A stretch of 64,000 bases of DNA, from assembly GCA_002633005.1 (NCBI GenBank), contig NMRA01000029.1:1469796-1533795 (forward strand), read 5' to 3'. The translations under genes and the position numbers were made by a program. Source of the DNA: Phoronis australis. Taxonomy: Eukaryota; Animalia; Phoronida. Numbering within the stretch: position 1 is the stretch's first letter; each line of letters starts with the position of its first letter. Under the pieces are notes generated by a model. The model did not search any database. It had not been told where the DNA came from and saw only the letters and a program-made list of their open reading frames with translations. This document shows positions 25,934 to 38,189 of the stretch, in pieces.

Positions 25934-27247
25934 TACAAGAGCAATGAGGAGCGTTGAAATGCGCCCTCGAATGCATCACGAATGGTGTGCTTTTAGGGTT
26001 GTTTATTTGTATCGTTAAAATGGCTACTAGATATCGCAAATTACGTCGAATCCGTCTGAAAACCAAAAAATGTCATCGTTTCTTCAAAAGAAAGCCATTT
26101 ACCAACTTTAATTAAAATTCGCCGAGGAAAACGAAATTGCCACCAGGGGGCACAGTGTTCATCTGGATAAAATTCATCATCTTCTCTTGCTAACTTCAAA
26201 TAAATACACGTGCTAAATTTAATAAAGATCTTGCAGAGGGCTTAGCAGATACAGGCATGGCTGCAAAAAAAAAAAAAAAACCGCGACTAGGAGGCACCAA
26301 AGTAGTCGAAAACACCAGAAAATCATCGGCAACCGTCCCCTTCATAGAAAGTACATACATGCCAACCTTCACAATTATCGTTAGAGTGGTTTGGTTGACA
26401 AAGGGACAAATGCCACAAAACAGACTCAAAAACAACAAAAATGGCCACTAGGTGACGCAAAAAACCTTGAATCAATCCTAAGATGATAGGCTAGCGTCAC
26501 ATTACTAATGGATGTCTATGTGACAAATTTTATGGAAATCTGTTTAGTACCTTTGAAGAGACAGCGATAAACGTGAAAAACTAAAGTTGCCACTAGGGGG
26601 GCACACCGGTAGACCGATCCGTCCGAAAGTCGTCGTTGTCTGTTGTCAGCTTTATGTAATTAAAATACATTTTCTAAATTTGATAAAGATCCTGTAAAGC
26701 GTTTAGGAGATACAGCCATGGGCGCAAAAAACAAACAAAATTGCCACTAGGAGGCGCCAAAGTAGTCCAAGTTAAGTGTCTTCTTCATAGTAAGACCATA
26801 CATGCCAATTTTCAAAATCATCCTTAGAGTGGTTTGGTTGTTAGAGGGGCGGACTCCAAAAAATGACTCGAAAATAGTAAAAGTGTCCACTAGATGGCAC
26901 AAAATCCATCGAAGCAATTCGAAAACAGGAGGATAGCGTCAACTCATTAATAGATGCCTATGCACCAAATTTCATGAAAATCGGTACAAGACCTTTGAAG
27001 ATACAGAGGCAAACGTAAAAAACTAAAATTGCCACTAGGGGGCACAGTGGTATTCGGGTCGGTCAAAACTCGTCTCCCTCTGTCGTAGACCCCATGGGAA
27101 CACACCTGCCAAATTTCAGTACGATTCTGCACGGAGCTTAGGAGATACAGCCGCGGACGCAGGACGCCAGATGCCCGGACGCCCAGACGCCCAGACAGAG
27201 ATGACGGCAATATGCGACCACATATAAATATGTGAGCGCATAAAAAT
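25934..27247 (+). mobile_element. Helentron-associated non-autonomous element (HINE/DINE-1-like) with ~150-bp core repeats
   Basis: ACAAGAG start; 7 core units each carrying CCACYAGRNGGC; GGACGC/CAGACG microsatellite at ~27155-27198; 3' stem-loop at 27211-27242. Confidence 0.7.
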
Positions 27248-28083
27248 GACGTTCTCGTCTAGTTCTCTGAAAGGAAACATTGCTTTGTAAATCTTGGCAA
27301 CCCACAACTGTTTGGAGCAAAATTAAAAAAATCCTTACAAAGTCTTCGAAACGGGCAAGTGTGACCTACGATTTAGGTGACATACACGACAGCTGTAGTG
27401 AAAGACTACCCACCAAGAACCATAATATCCTATCTGTGACACAGAGAGTATGAGTTGAATCCAGCTTTTGTCAGTCAAGTGGGATACCAATGGCAGGTGG
27501 CAGAGCGATGCTTGTTTTAAATTATCGAAAACGTGGTTTAGTATCCTTTTAAGCCTTAAGATTTAAAAATGAAAAGACACGTTTCATAAACATAACTCGG
27601 ATTTTGGTAGTTGGTCTTAACTTATTCAAGATCGGTTTTAATTGACACAGGTGACTATACAAACTGCGGTTTCTCCTAATGTTGGGAATGCACAAAAAAC
27701 GAGGCAGTGTGTGAATCATGGTTTCAAGAATAATCTTGGTCTTGAAACTCTAAATTTTACTTACAACGTTTGAATACCATTAGTTCCTTGTTTACTTAAG
27801 AAGACCCTGGAATGCCACAATGTATAGTCTCTGTGGCCTTTGCGGTTCTTCGAATCGGAAGGTGACTATCTTGAATTTAATATTGTTTAGGAACATTAGA
27901 TTGTGACCGATATCAATGAAATTTATTCCTCAAAAGCTTACACTGATAATTGGTTTAAGTTTTGATCATTTAGACCAACCATCCAATCTAAAGCATACTC
28001 CGTAGCAGGCTAACGTTCTGTGTTAACTTAAACCAATTTTGGTCCTAAGAGTTGCCATGGACTAAGGTATTAAGTCCTTGAGT

Positions 28084-28372
28084 TGAGAGAGAGGGAGAGA
28101 TAGGGAGAGATAGAGCNTATAGAGAGGAACTCACCTCCATTATTCTATTCCTGCAGTCAGACAGTGTAAAGAACATGTCTCTGTCAACGGTGAGCAGAAT
28201 AAGACATGTATCACACTTGGGGTCAAGGTAGGAGACATGACCATGCAAGTAGCCACTGAAAATAGATTGGATCACTGTATAGTAAAAGGAATGTGTCGAG
28301 TGTGAACAACAAAAGTGACAGCAGAGAGGGGAGAGAGGGGAGAGAGGGGAGAGAGGGGAGTCAGAGATAGAT
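28084..28372. repeat. AG-rich low-complexity and microsatellite tracts
   Basis: GAGAGAGAGGGAGAGATAGGG... and (GGGGAGAGA)n runs; single N at 28117. Confidence 0.7.
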
Positions 28373-29819
28373 TCATGAAACTGGCCCTATGACTGTAAAC
28401 CGCTGCGGAACAAATATTGTTGATATTTTCCACAACATACGATTTTCGATTAAAGAACCGGCAAAGTAGCGTAGACTCGTAGAATCATTGCTACGTGACT
28501 CCGTTGCAATTGTGAAATATTTTCCAGCCATATCAAGATCTTCACACTTAAACGTGGCCCAATTATACCCAAAATGCTGTAAACGAATCCCTATTAGGAT
28601 TTTCAAGATCAAGATTATTCTTGAAACGGTACTTCGCACGCCTCATTGCTTAGTCTTGCGCATATGGCGAAAGCATGCTTTTATGCTCCCCTTTGCCAGA
28701 CTTAATATTTGTCTTAGTTAAGACCGAAGACCAAAAACATACACTGTATTGACGAAAAAGTATTTTTGAATTGTCATCGTCGGTCTTAACGTAGCCCGAT
28801 TTTGGTCTTAACCTTAGACAAAATTTTGGTCTCCAGTCAAAAGCTTTCAGTCACAAACGGCGCCCTGGAACAAAAATGCGGTACATGCAACCGCCGGCAT
28901 CCAGTTAAACTGTTAAACCTTGGTTGTGTTTGATTATAATATTAACACCTACATTGTTCATTAGCTCTCATAATATATCTGTATGCATTCCCAACCCGGA
29001 TTGGGGTTACTTGTCATTTCATACGGAGACATACATGTAACAAATCAAAACTAAATGTATCTACATTCTTATCCTGACTCAATACATTTAACAAACTGTA
29101 TAGGAACATGCTGTAACTTGATTAAATATCACCGGTGTCTAATTTAGTCTGAAATGTGAGGTGCTTGAAGACAAATATTAGGAAATAATTTCGTTCTAAG
29201 TGAATCATATTATGAACAATGTAACATGAAATGCCGCTACGATCAGACTGTGTTTTAGTTATAGTATGTATATAAATCTTCTCCTACATTAGTATGTAAA
29301 TGGAGAACAGTTTCTTTAATTACTCCTAGAGCAGGTCGACATGTACTTAGATTTGCACGTCTCAGAAAAAGTCAGTTCAAGCTTCAATGAAGTATATTAT
29401 GTGACCGAGGTCCCAGGGGTTATTGTTGGTGTTGGTGTTGAACCGTCAAACTTGTTAAATACCCCACTTTTGAGTTCCAGATTTTTTGGCCTCTAACAGA
29501 CCAAGAAACCCCAAAACGTGACTTGTCAGTTGAATAGGTCTATATGTGACACGACAACTGAGAAGCAATTGATTTTTGATGTCGTCATAGTGAAGGCGAA
29601 TATCGTCACGAGCAGCAAACAAATACACCAAAATCGCTTGTTAGATGACTGATCTGATCGTCCACTGACCATTCTATTCTTCTGACTAGTCATTCAAACC
29701 ACGTGAAGTTGTCACACGGAACTATTCTTTCATACAGGAGAGACCTGTTTGAATCTACTAGCCAGTATGTCTGTTTTTCAAAAGATAGCAAAATCTCCTT
29801 TGTATATCGCAACACCTAC

Positions 29820-30143
29820 CTGTATATACTCGTACATGCATATGGATAACCAATGAGTCAACATTTTCTCCACCACTGACTCCGTCCGTCGCAGTAAAAG
29901 TTTGGCGCGCTTCTCCTCAACACATCGTTCAATCAGCTCTCCCAATAGAGTCGTCAATATCTCTGTAGCGTACTCCATTTGATCCGCCAGAACAACCATC
30001 AAAAGTGAAGCGACATTAGCCTTGTCTCTGACCCCGAACGTTTTCTGATCTTCTAGCGTCCGTGTCAGTTTGAGGAGGAAGTGTTTGTTTAGAAGTATCT
30101 GACCAAACTGGTCCATTCCACGGTATTTGGTTTGGTCTTCATC
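29820..30143 (-). CDS. PlexB: Plexin GAP1 exon, copy B (DEDQTKY...LLLRRTESVVEKML...YEYIQ)
   Basis: 324 nt, phase 0/0, catalytic RR motif intact. Confidence 0.95.
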
Positions 30144-30214
30144 CTAAAATTAATAAGGATTACAGATCATATGCACGTATAATCCTCTGAATCATTTATT
30201 GGATGGAGGATTGT

Positions 30215-31390
30215 AAGAACATGGCTGAAATTTCTAAGGGCAAGAAACCAAACGAGAACCGGGAGTATATTGTCTGCAAACAACGCTGTCACAGAAGCCG
30301 AAATCTGACTCCAGTATTGTGATCTAATTGTTTCTATCTGTACAGGAAGACGGTCTGGGAAAGGAGACACCACGTGAAAAGACAACTGGTGCAACGGGTT
30401 ATTGTAAGGCGTGAAGAAAAATCCAGAGAAATCTAAACCGTACAGGTGGGATGCCATGATACCTGGACAAGGTGGAAGACAGATAGCTCTAAGTTAACGT
30501 GGCCTGAAACAAGGAGAATTGAACTATTCAGGTTGGTGTACGACCTGTTACTAACACCGTCTTAGTTGTGCTATTGCTTCTGACAGAAAATGTAAAGTGA
30601 AATAACTGGAACATTGAGGTAGTTTTTCATACTGCATGACAGCGCCCTGACAACAGGTGGAGCCCTGACAACAGTGGACTAGGAATTGTGGAGAAGGCGG
30701 GGAAATAAACTTCCAAGCGACCTAGTGTGAGAAGCATTCCATTTGCTAGACTTGGTGAGGAAACGACGTTCGGCCCATTGCATAGGAAATCCCCCACCAG
30801 TGTTCTGAATGGTGAAGGAGATGAACGTAGGTATTGGAAGACGGCTGTTTTTCCCGACATTGTAACAGCGAATCTTCAACCAGACATCGTGCTTCGGACC
30901 AGTAGTCAGAATTAACTTGTGATGCTGGAACATACAGTCCCCAGGGGAGAGCCGATTGAGTCAACAATTGAAAGGAAGAAGACGAAAAATGCTGATTTGG
31001 AACAAACAACCCGAGCGAAGGATTCATCGGGATGTACTTTCTCTGTCGAGGTTGGCACAAGAGGTTACCTGGTCAATGGCTTCATCGACTACTGAGCATT
31101 ATCTATTGGGGGCATGGGTCGTTGTAACGTAGTAAGACGATTTAGTGAAGCGCCGAAGCGGGTATCTCGCTGGTTGTGGTGGTGACGAGAACATTCCAAC
31201 TGGAAGTCATCCTCTAGTGGGCAGTGTCTTGGCCAGTCACTGTAGACTTGCCACTAAGGGGCCGTGGCATGTTAAGGGATTGAAACGTCTGCCGACGGGT
31301 GTAGACCTGGCTGATATTATCAGAGGATTTTGCAAATCACATAATTCTGCTCAATGTAAGCATGTCTATTCAAAGCATCTCACTCATTCA
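30215..31390 (+). mobile_element. HERO-clade non-LTR retrotransposon 3' fragment (restriction-like endonuclease), copy B
   Basis: Degenerate motifs RTGSILSANNAVTEAE, TWTRW, VYDLL, LQPDIVL, LE.TVP, VEVGTRG and SRWLWW match the HERO RT C-terminus and RLE. Confidence 0.8.
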
Positions 31391-31668
31391 AGTGTTCCTC
31401 TTCGAGGTAGGCATATAACACATTTTAGATAGAGGTCAATGCATGCAGGCTTTATAAAGGCACATAGTGTCTTCAAATCGGTAAAAGAACTAATCAAAAG
31501 TTGAGTTTGTGATGGAAGGCGGATAACATTTACTTCCCTATTCATTCTTATTGCCGGTGTTAAATTAGCCAATGACGAGTGTTAGTTTTGTCTTTCCATG
31601 TTTTGTGGTTGGTCAAAACTCACTGTCTACTTTGTTTTTATTTTACTCCGGGTATTTTTTTATTTCAC

Positions 31669-31805
31669 CTTATGCAGAGCAGGGTGGTCCGAATTTCCAG
31701 GAAATAGTACTTTGTCAATGTATGTTTTGAAGTCGAGGAATGGAATTCCAGAAGTCACAAGGTCACTTGTCAAGTCGCTCATGTCTGTCTGGAGCTCTGC
31801 GAAGG
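31669..31805 (-). CDS. PlexB: Plexin juxtamembrane exon, copy B (AFAELQTDM...GIPFLDF...FPG)
   Basis: 137 nt, phase 1 to 0, FAELQTD motif. Confidence 0.95.
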
Positions 31806-32260
31806 CTGCAAGAAATATACATGTAAAACACTCTAAGCAAAAAGCATGTTCCAATTAAGATCACGGAACTAATTGCTTATATGATAAATTCATATGAAAA
31901 CTATAACTGGTCTAGCCATCAAGTCGTGCAGTTCTTTCCAATATATCGCTGAAATCGCCAAAACTTTTAGTTTCAAACTTTGTTAGAAATTCCATAATAA
32001 CCTGGAACGATAAGATTCTGATAAATCAATAACTTGTCAAAGGTAAACGTCTTTTGAGCGGGTTTCTTGGTACGAAAGTAGATGTAAGCAATATTTTGAT
32101 ACATTAATGCGCCTGTTCTTGCAAATTCGTCGCGTCTCAGGTAGCAGAATCGACCTCAGAATCAAATCAACACATACAGTCTAGAAAAGGTGAAATGCGC
32201 GCTTCTCTATCAAGACTAACTTGAACAAATCTCTATCACGCCTAGGACTGGCATCCTTAC

Positions 32261-32492
32261 CCAGTCTGCATTCATCTCGGACATTACTCTCAAGTGTTTC
32301 CAGTTGTATCTGCATCTTCTTGTAGTTCCTCTGCTTCTTGTGGGATCTCCGTCGGAAAAACACGACGAGGATGACGATGACGATAAACGGAACTGCTAGA
32401 CTGACCACGATGCCGCCAATAGCGGCAGGACTTAGTCCATACGTGTAGTAACGAACTTTGCCAATAAAGAACTTCAGGTTTCCAACACGAAC
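32261..32492 (-). CDS. PlexB: Plexin transmembrane exon, copy B
   Basis: 232 nt; VRVGNL...AIGGIVVSLAVPFIVIVILVVFFRRR...QLETLESNVRDEC. Confidence 0.95.
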
Positions 32493-33427
32493 CTGTAAAC
32501 GCATTTAGAGATTAAAGTTGCTTTAAATCCACCTCGTGTCAAAAAAATAAACAAGATCCCGTGATTAAATCCCGATGAGATCTGTATTACTTCACAAAAA
32601 TGTTGTTTGGAATTAAAATGGAGATACCATAGCAGCGGTCAATAAGAAAGTACTGTATGAGCGACTGATATGTAAAATGGGGCTATTCGGAAAATCTACA
32701 ATAACTAGAGGGCGTACGTGTACTAGTGGTGATAGATTAACAGCCTCGATTTCGCGAGCCCTTTAAATACATGGTGAAACGGCTTGCAGCCGTGCCAACT
32801 AAATCTGAGATTGCGTAAAAAGGGTGTTTCTATGAGAGGAAGTAAGCACGACCTCATACAAAGGTAAGGTTTGTGATTATTTTAATGATTATTCCATGAT
32901 TATTCTACCGATGCCTGTTAACTGAGGCGCTCGCCGATGTCGACTTCGCGGCAGTCAGTCGCCAGCCAGAGTCTGGTTAATCTTTGTATGTTGTGATATG
33001 TGATACGATACTTGACGTAGCAATCGGGGTNNNNNNNNNNNNNNNNNNNNNNNNNNNNNNNNNNNNNNNNNNNNNNNNNNNNNNNNNNNNNNNNNNNNNN
33101 NNNNNNNNNNNNNNNNNNNNNNNNNNNNNNNNNNNNNNNNNNNNNNNNNNNNNNNNNNNNNNNNNNNNNNNNNNNNNNNNNNNNNNNNNNNNNNNNNNNN
33201 NNNNNNNNNNNNNNNNNNNNNNNNNNNNNNNNNNNNNNNNNNNNNNNNNNNNNNNNNNNNNNNNNNNNNNNNNNNNNNNNNNNNNNNNNNNNNNNNNNNN
33301 NNNNNNNNNNNNNNNNNNNNNNNNNNNNNNNNNNNNNNNNNNNNNNNNNNNNNNNNNNNNNNNNNNNNNNNNNNNNNNNNNNNNNNNNNNNNNNNNNNNN
33401 NNNNNNNNNNNNNNNNNNNNNNNNNNN

Positions 33428-33461
<34 letters not shown>
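33428..33461. repeat. (GA)n microsatellite at the contig edge
   Basis: Pure GA run abutting the N gap. Confidence 0.9.
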
Positions 33462-33464
<3 letters not shown>

Positions 33465-34534
33465 TTTGAATTGTCATCGTCGGTCTTCACGTAGCCCGAT
33501 TTTGGTCTTAACCTCAGACAAAATTTTGGTCTGCAGTCAAAAACTTTCAGTCACAAATGGCGCCCTGGAACAAAAATGCGGTGCATGCAAACACCGGCAT
33601 CCAGTTAAACTGCTAAACCTTGGTTGTGTTTGATTATAATATTAACACCTACATTGTTCATTAGCACTCATAATATATCTGTATGCATTCCCAACCCGGA
33701 TTGGGGTTACTTGTCATTTCATACGGAGACATAAATGTAACAAATCAAAAATAAATATATCTACTTTCTTATCCTGACTCAATACATTTAACAAACTGTA
33801 TAGGAACATGTTGTAACTTGATTAAATATCACCGGTGTCTAATTTAGTCTGAAATGTGAGATGCTTGAAGACAAATATTAGGAAATAATTTCGTTCTAAG
33901 CGAATCATATTATGAACAATGTGACATGAAATGCCGCTAAGCTCACACTGTGTTTTAGTTATAGTATGTATATAAATCTTCTCCTACATTAGTATGTGAA
34001 TGGAGGACAGTTTCTTTAATTACTCCAAGAGCAGGTCGACATGTACTTAGATTTGCACTTCTCAGAAAAAATCAGTTCAAGCTTCAATGAAGTATATTAT
34101 GTGACCGAGGTCCCAGGGGTTATTGTTGGTGTTGTGTTGAACCGTCAAACTTGTTAAATACCCCACTTTTGAGTTCCAGATTTTCTGGCCTCTAACAGAT
34201 GAAGAAACCCCAAAATGCAACTTGTCAGTTGAATAGGTCTATATGTGACAAGACAACTGAGAAGCAATTGATTTTTGATGTCGTCATAGTGAAGGCGAAT
34301 ATCGTCCCGAACAGCAAACAAATACACCAAAATCGCTTGTTAGATGACTATGATCTGATCGTCCACTGACCATACTTTTCTTCTGACAAGTCATTCAAAT
34401 CACGTGAAGTTGTCACACGGAACTATTCTTTCATACATGAGAGACCTGTTTGAATCTACTAGCCAGTAACACGGGTTAAGTTTGTCTGTTTTTCAAAAGA
34501 TAACAAAATCTCCTTTGTATAACGCAACACCTAC

Positions 34535-34858
34535 CTGCATATACTCGTACATGCATATGGATAACCAGTGAGTCAACATTTTCTCCACCACTGACTCCGT
34601 CCGCCGTAGTAACAGTTTGGCGCGCTTCTGCTCAACACATCGTTCAATCAGCTCTCCCAACAGAGTCGTCAAAATCTCTGTAGCGTACTCCATTTGATCC
34701 GCCAGAACAACCATCAAAAGTGAAGCGACATTAGCCTTGTCTCTGACACCGAACGTTTTCTGATCTTCTAGCGTCCGTGTCAGTTTGAGGAGGAAGTGTT
34801 TGTTTAGAAGTATCTGACCAAATTGGTCCATTCCACGGTATTTGGTTTGGTCTTCCTC
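34535..34858 (-). CDS. PlexB: Plexin GAP1 exon, copy A
   Basis: 324 nt; 11 nt and 3 aa differences from copy B by manual count. Confidence 0.95.
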
Positions 34859-34931
34859 CTAAAATTAATAAGGATTACAGATCATATGCAAGTGTAATCC
34901 TCTGAATCATTTATTGGATGGAGGATTGTAA

Positions 34932-36060
34932 GAACATGGCTGAAATTTCTACGGGCAGGAAACCAAACGAGAACCGGGAGTGTATTGTCTGCAAACAACG
35001 CAGTCACAGAAGCAAAAATCTGACAGCAGTATCGTGATCTAATTGTTTCTACCTGTACAGGAAGACGGTCTGGGAAAGGAGACACCACGTGAAAACACAA
35101 CTGGTGCAACGGGTTATTATAAGGCGTGAAGAAAAATCCAGAGAAATCAAAACCATACAGGTGGGATGCCATGATACCTGGACAAGGTGGAAGACAAGAA
35201 GAATTGAACTGTTCAGGTTGGTGTACGACCCGTTACTAACACCGTCTTAGTTGTGCTATTGCTTCTGACAGAGAATGTAAAGTGAAATAATTGGAACATT
35301 GAGGTAGTTTTTTCATACTGCATGACAGTGCCCTGACAACAGTTGACTAGGAATTTTGGAGAAGGCGGGGAAATAAGCTTCCTAGCGACCTAGTGTGAGA
35401 AGCATTCCATTTGTTAGACTTGGTGAGGAAACGACGTTCGGCCCATTGCATAGGAAATCCCCCACCAGTGTTCTGAATGGTGTAGGAGATGAACGTAGGT
35501 ATTGGAAGACGGCTGTTCTTCCCGACATTGTAACAGCGAATCTTCAACCAGACATCGTGCTTCGGACCAGTAGTCAGAATAAACTTGTGATGCTGGAACT
35601 TACAGTCCCCAGGGGAGAGCCGATTGAGACAACATTTGGAAGGAAAAAGACGAAAAATGCTGATTTGGAACAAGCAACCCGAGCAAAGAATTCATCGGGA
35701 TGGACTTTCTCTGTCGAGGTTGGCACAAGAGGTTACCTGGTCAATGGCTTCGTCGACTACTGAGCAATATCTATTGGGGGCATGGGCCGTTGTAACGCAG
35801 TAAGACGATTTAGTGAAGCGCCGAAGCGGGTATCTCACTGGTTGTGGTGGTGACGAGAACATTTCAACTGGAAGCCATCCTCTAGTGGGCAGTGTCTTGG
35901 CCAGTCACTGTAGACTCGCCACTAAGGAGCCGTGGCATGTTTAGGGATTGAAACGTCTGCCAACGGGGTGTAGACCTGGCTGATATCATCAGAGGATTTT
36001 GCAGATCACATAATTCTGCTTAATGTAAGCCTGTCTATTCAAAGCATCGCACTCATTCAA
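34932..36060 (+). mobile_element. HERO-clade retrotransposon 3' fragment, copy A
   Basis: ORF 35395-35763 has LQPDIVL...LELTVP...RKKTK...VEVGTRG (RLE PD-(D/E)xK pattern). Confidence 0.8.
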
Positions 36061-36333
36061 ATGTTCTTCTTCGAGGTAGGCCTATAACTCATTTTCAGAT
36101 AGACGTCAATGCATGCAGGCTTTTTAAAGGCACATAGTGTCTTCATATCGGTAAAAGAACTTATCAAAAGTTGATTTTGTAATGGAAGGCGGATAACATT
36201 TACTTCTTTATTCATTCTTATTGCCGGTGTTAAAGTAGCCAATGACGAGTTTTGTCTTTCCACGTTTTGTGGTTGGTCCAAACGCACTGTCTACTTTGTT
36301 TTTATTTTACTCCAGGTAATTTTTGTACTTCAC

Positions 36334-36470
36334 CTTGTGCAGAGAAGGGTGGTCCGAATTTCCAGGAAATAGTACTTTGTCAATGTATGTTTTGAAGTCG
36401 AGGAATGGAATTCCAGAAGTCACAAGGTCACTTGTCAAGTCACTCATGTCTGTCTGGAGCTCTGCGAAGG
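36334..36470 (-). CDS. PlexB: Plexin juxtamembrane exon, copy A
   Basis: 137 nt; 3 nt and 1 aa differences from copy B. Confidence 0.95.
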
Positions 36471-36910
36471 CTGCAAGAAATATGAAACACTCTAAGCAAC
36501 AAGCATGTTCCAATTAAAATCACGGAACTAATTGCTAATATGACAAATTCATATGAAAACTATAACTGGCCTCGCCATCAAGTCGTGCAATTCTTTCCAA
36601 TACATCGCTGAAATCACCAAAACTTTTGGTTTCAAACTTTGCCAGATATTCTATAATAACCTGGAATGATAAGATTCTGATCATTCAATAACTTGTCAAA
36701 GGTAAACGTCTTTTGAGCGAGTTTCTTGGTACGAAAGTAGATGTAAACAATATTTTGTAATATTACTGGGCCCGTTCTGACAAATTCATCGTGTCTCAGG
36801 CAGCAGAAATGCCCTTAGATTCACATCAACATACCCAGTCTAGAAAAAGTGAAATGCACGCTTTTCTGACTTGAACAAATCTCTATCACGCCTAGGTCAG
36901 ACATCCTTAC

Positions 36911-37142
36911 CCAGTCTGCATTCATCTCGGACATTACTCTCTAGTGTCTCCAGTTGTATCTGCATCTTCTTGTAGTTCCTCTGCTCCTTGTGGGATTTCC
37001 GGTGACAGAACACGACGAGGATGACGATGATGATCAACGGAAGTGTTAGACCGACCACGATGCCGCCAATAGCTCCAGGACTAAGCCCATACGTGTAGTA
37101 ACGCACTTTGCCAACAAAGAACACCAGGTTTCCAACACGAAC
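36911..37142 (-). CDS. PlexB: Plexin transmembrane exon, copy A
   Basis: 232 nt; VRVGNL...PGAIGGIVVGLTLPLIIIVILVVFCHRK... Confidence 0.95.
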
Positions 37143-37329
37143 CTGTAAACGCATTTAGAGATTAAAGTTGCTTTAAGTCCACCTCGTGTCAAAAATAATA
37201 AACAAGATCCCGTGATCAAATCCCGATGAGATCTGCATTACTTCACAAAAAAGTTGTTTGGAATTAAAATGAAGTTACCATAGCAGCTGTCAATAAGAAA
37301 GTACTGTATGTGAGACCAATATGTAAAAT

Positions 37330-38189
37330 TATCGACTCCGAAATGTTGGCCAGAGTTTAGTATTTCCTAATCGGTTCAAATGGCACAGTAGCTTTGAGTT
37401 TGGAACCCAAGAACTAATGAGGTGCCACTGAAGACTAGAACTCACTTTTAAATTGACCAACGAAGAACTGGAGATCACTTTTATGAAGATAATTTGTCTA
37501 GATGAGACCAAAATGTGTTCGGAAGGGTAGTGGATTTTAGAACCTTTAAAGAACAGTGATGAAAAATATTAAGATCTGTCATGAACTTCGAAAGGCCCCA
37601 ATGTACATATAATATGTTTACTGAAACGCGAAATTATTTTCATTATGTTCTATTCTAATTTGGTACGATCTTGAGATAAGTGTCTGTTATTTTGTTATCG
37701 AATATACTGCGATTGATGTGGACAAATGCGCAAACCTATTATGCACTGTCCGACCTAACATTCAAGGTATTGGGTCGTCAATCTGAATTCGAAATGTAAA
37801 GTTCTTTCTCCAAATGTCGAGTTTTACTCGAACTTGTAGCTCGAATTCATGGGTCGTCCAATGCAAATTTGCACTGCACAGTGAGTTGCTTTCCTAATCC
37901 ATAATATAATCGAGCAATGAAAAACACATAATTGTCTTGAGTTGGTATAAAAGGGGAAATATGTCGAAAATATTTTAGAGTTCGACTATGTATAAAAATA
38001 AAAGACCCCAGGTTCTGTCACCTACATTCTCCTTGTATTCGTTGGATATCAGGTCAGTTTTCTGGGACTACAGCCACCTCACGTTATCCAAGTGCAAAAC
38101 AAAAGTTTAAACATGTTGGTATCACGTAGAATAGGTTGATATAACCATGCAACATGTACTTAAAGACGGGTCCTTTTTCGTACCGTGAC
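37330..38189 (+). repeat. Duplicate of intron 38855-39737, ending at a single N within the IPT exon donor region
   Basis: Colinear with 38855-39737; ends TACCGTGAC then N at 38190. Confidence 0.85.

Noticed and set aside
26140-27046. CRISPR-like periodicity
   Set aside because: Eukaryotic intron; the spacers are homologous to each other, repeats are not identical and there are no cas genes.
25868-27356. Possible Harbinger-type MITE ends (GGGCCCGTTTC / GAAACGGGC) around the Helentron-like element
   Set aside because: Only ~9 bp match and no confirmable TSD.
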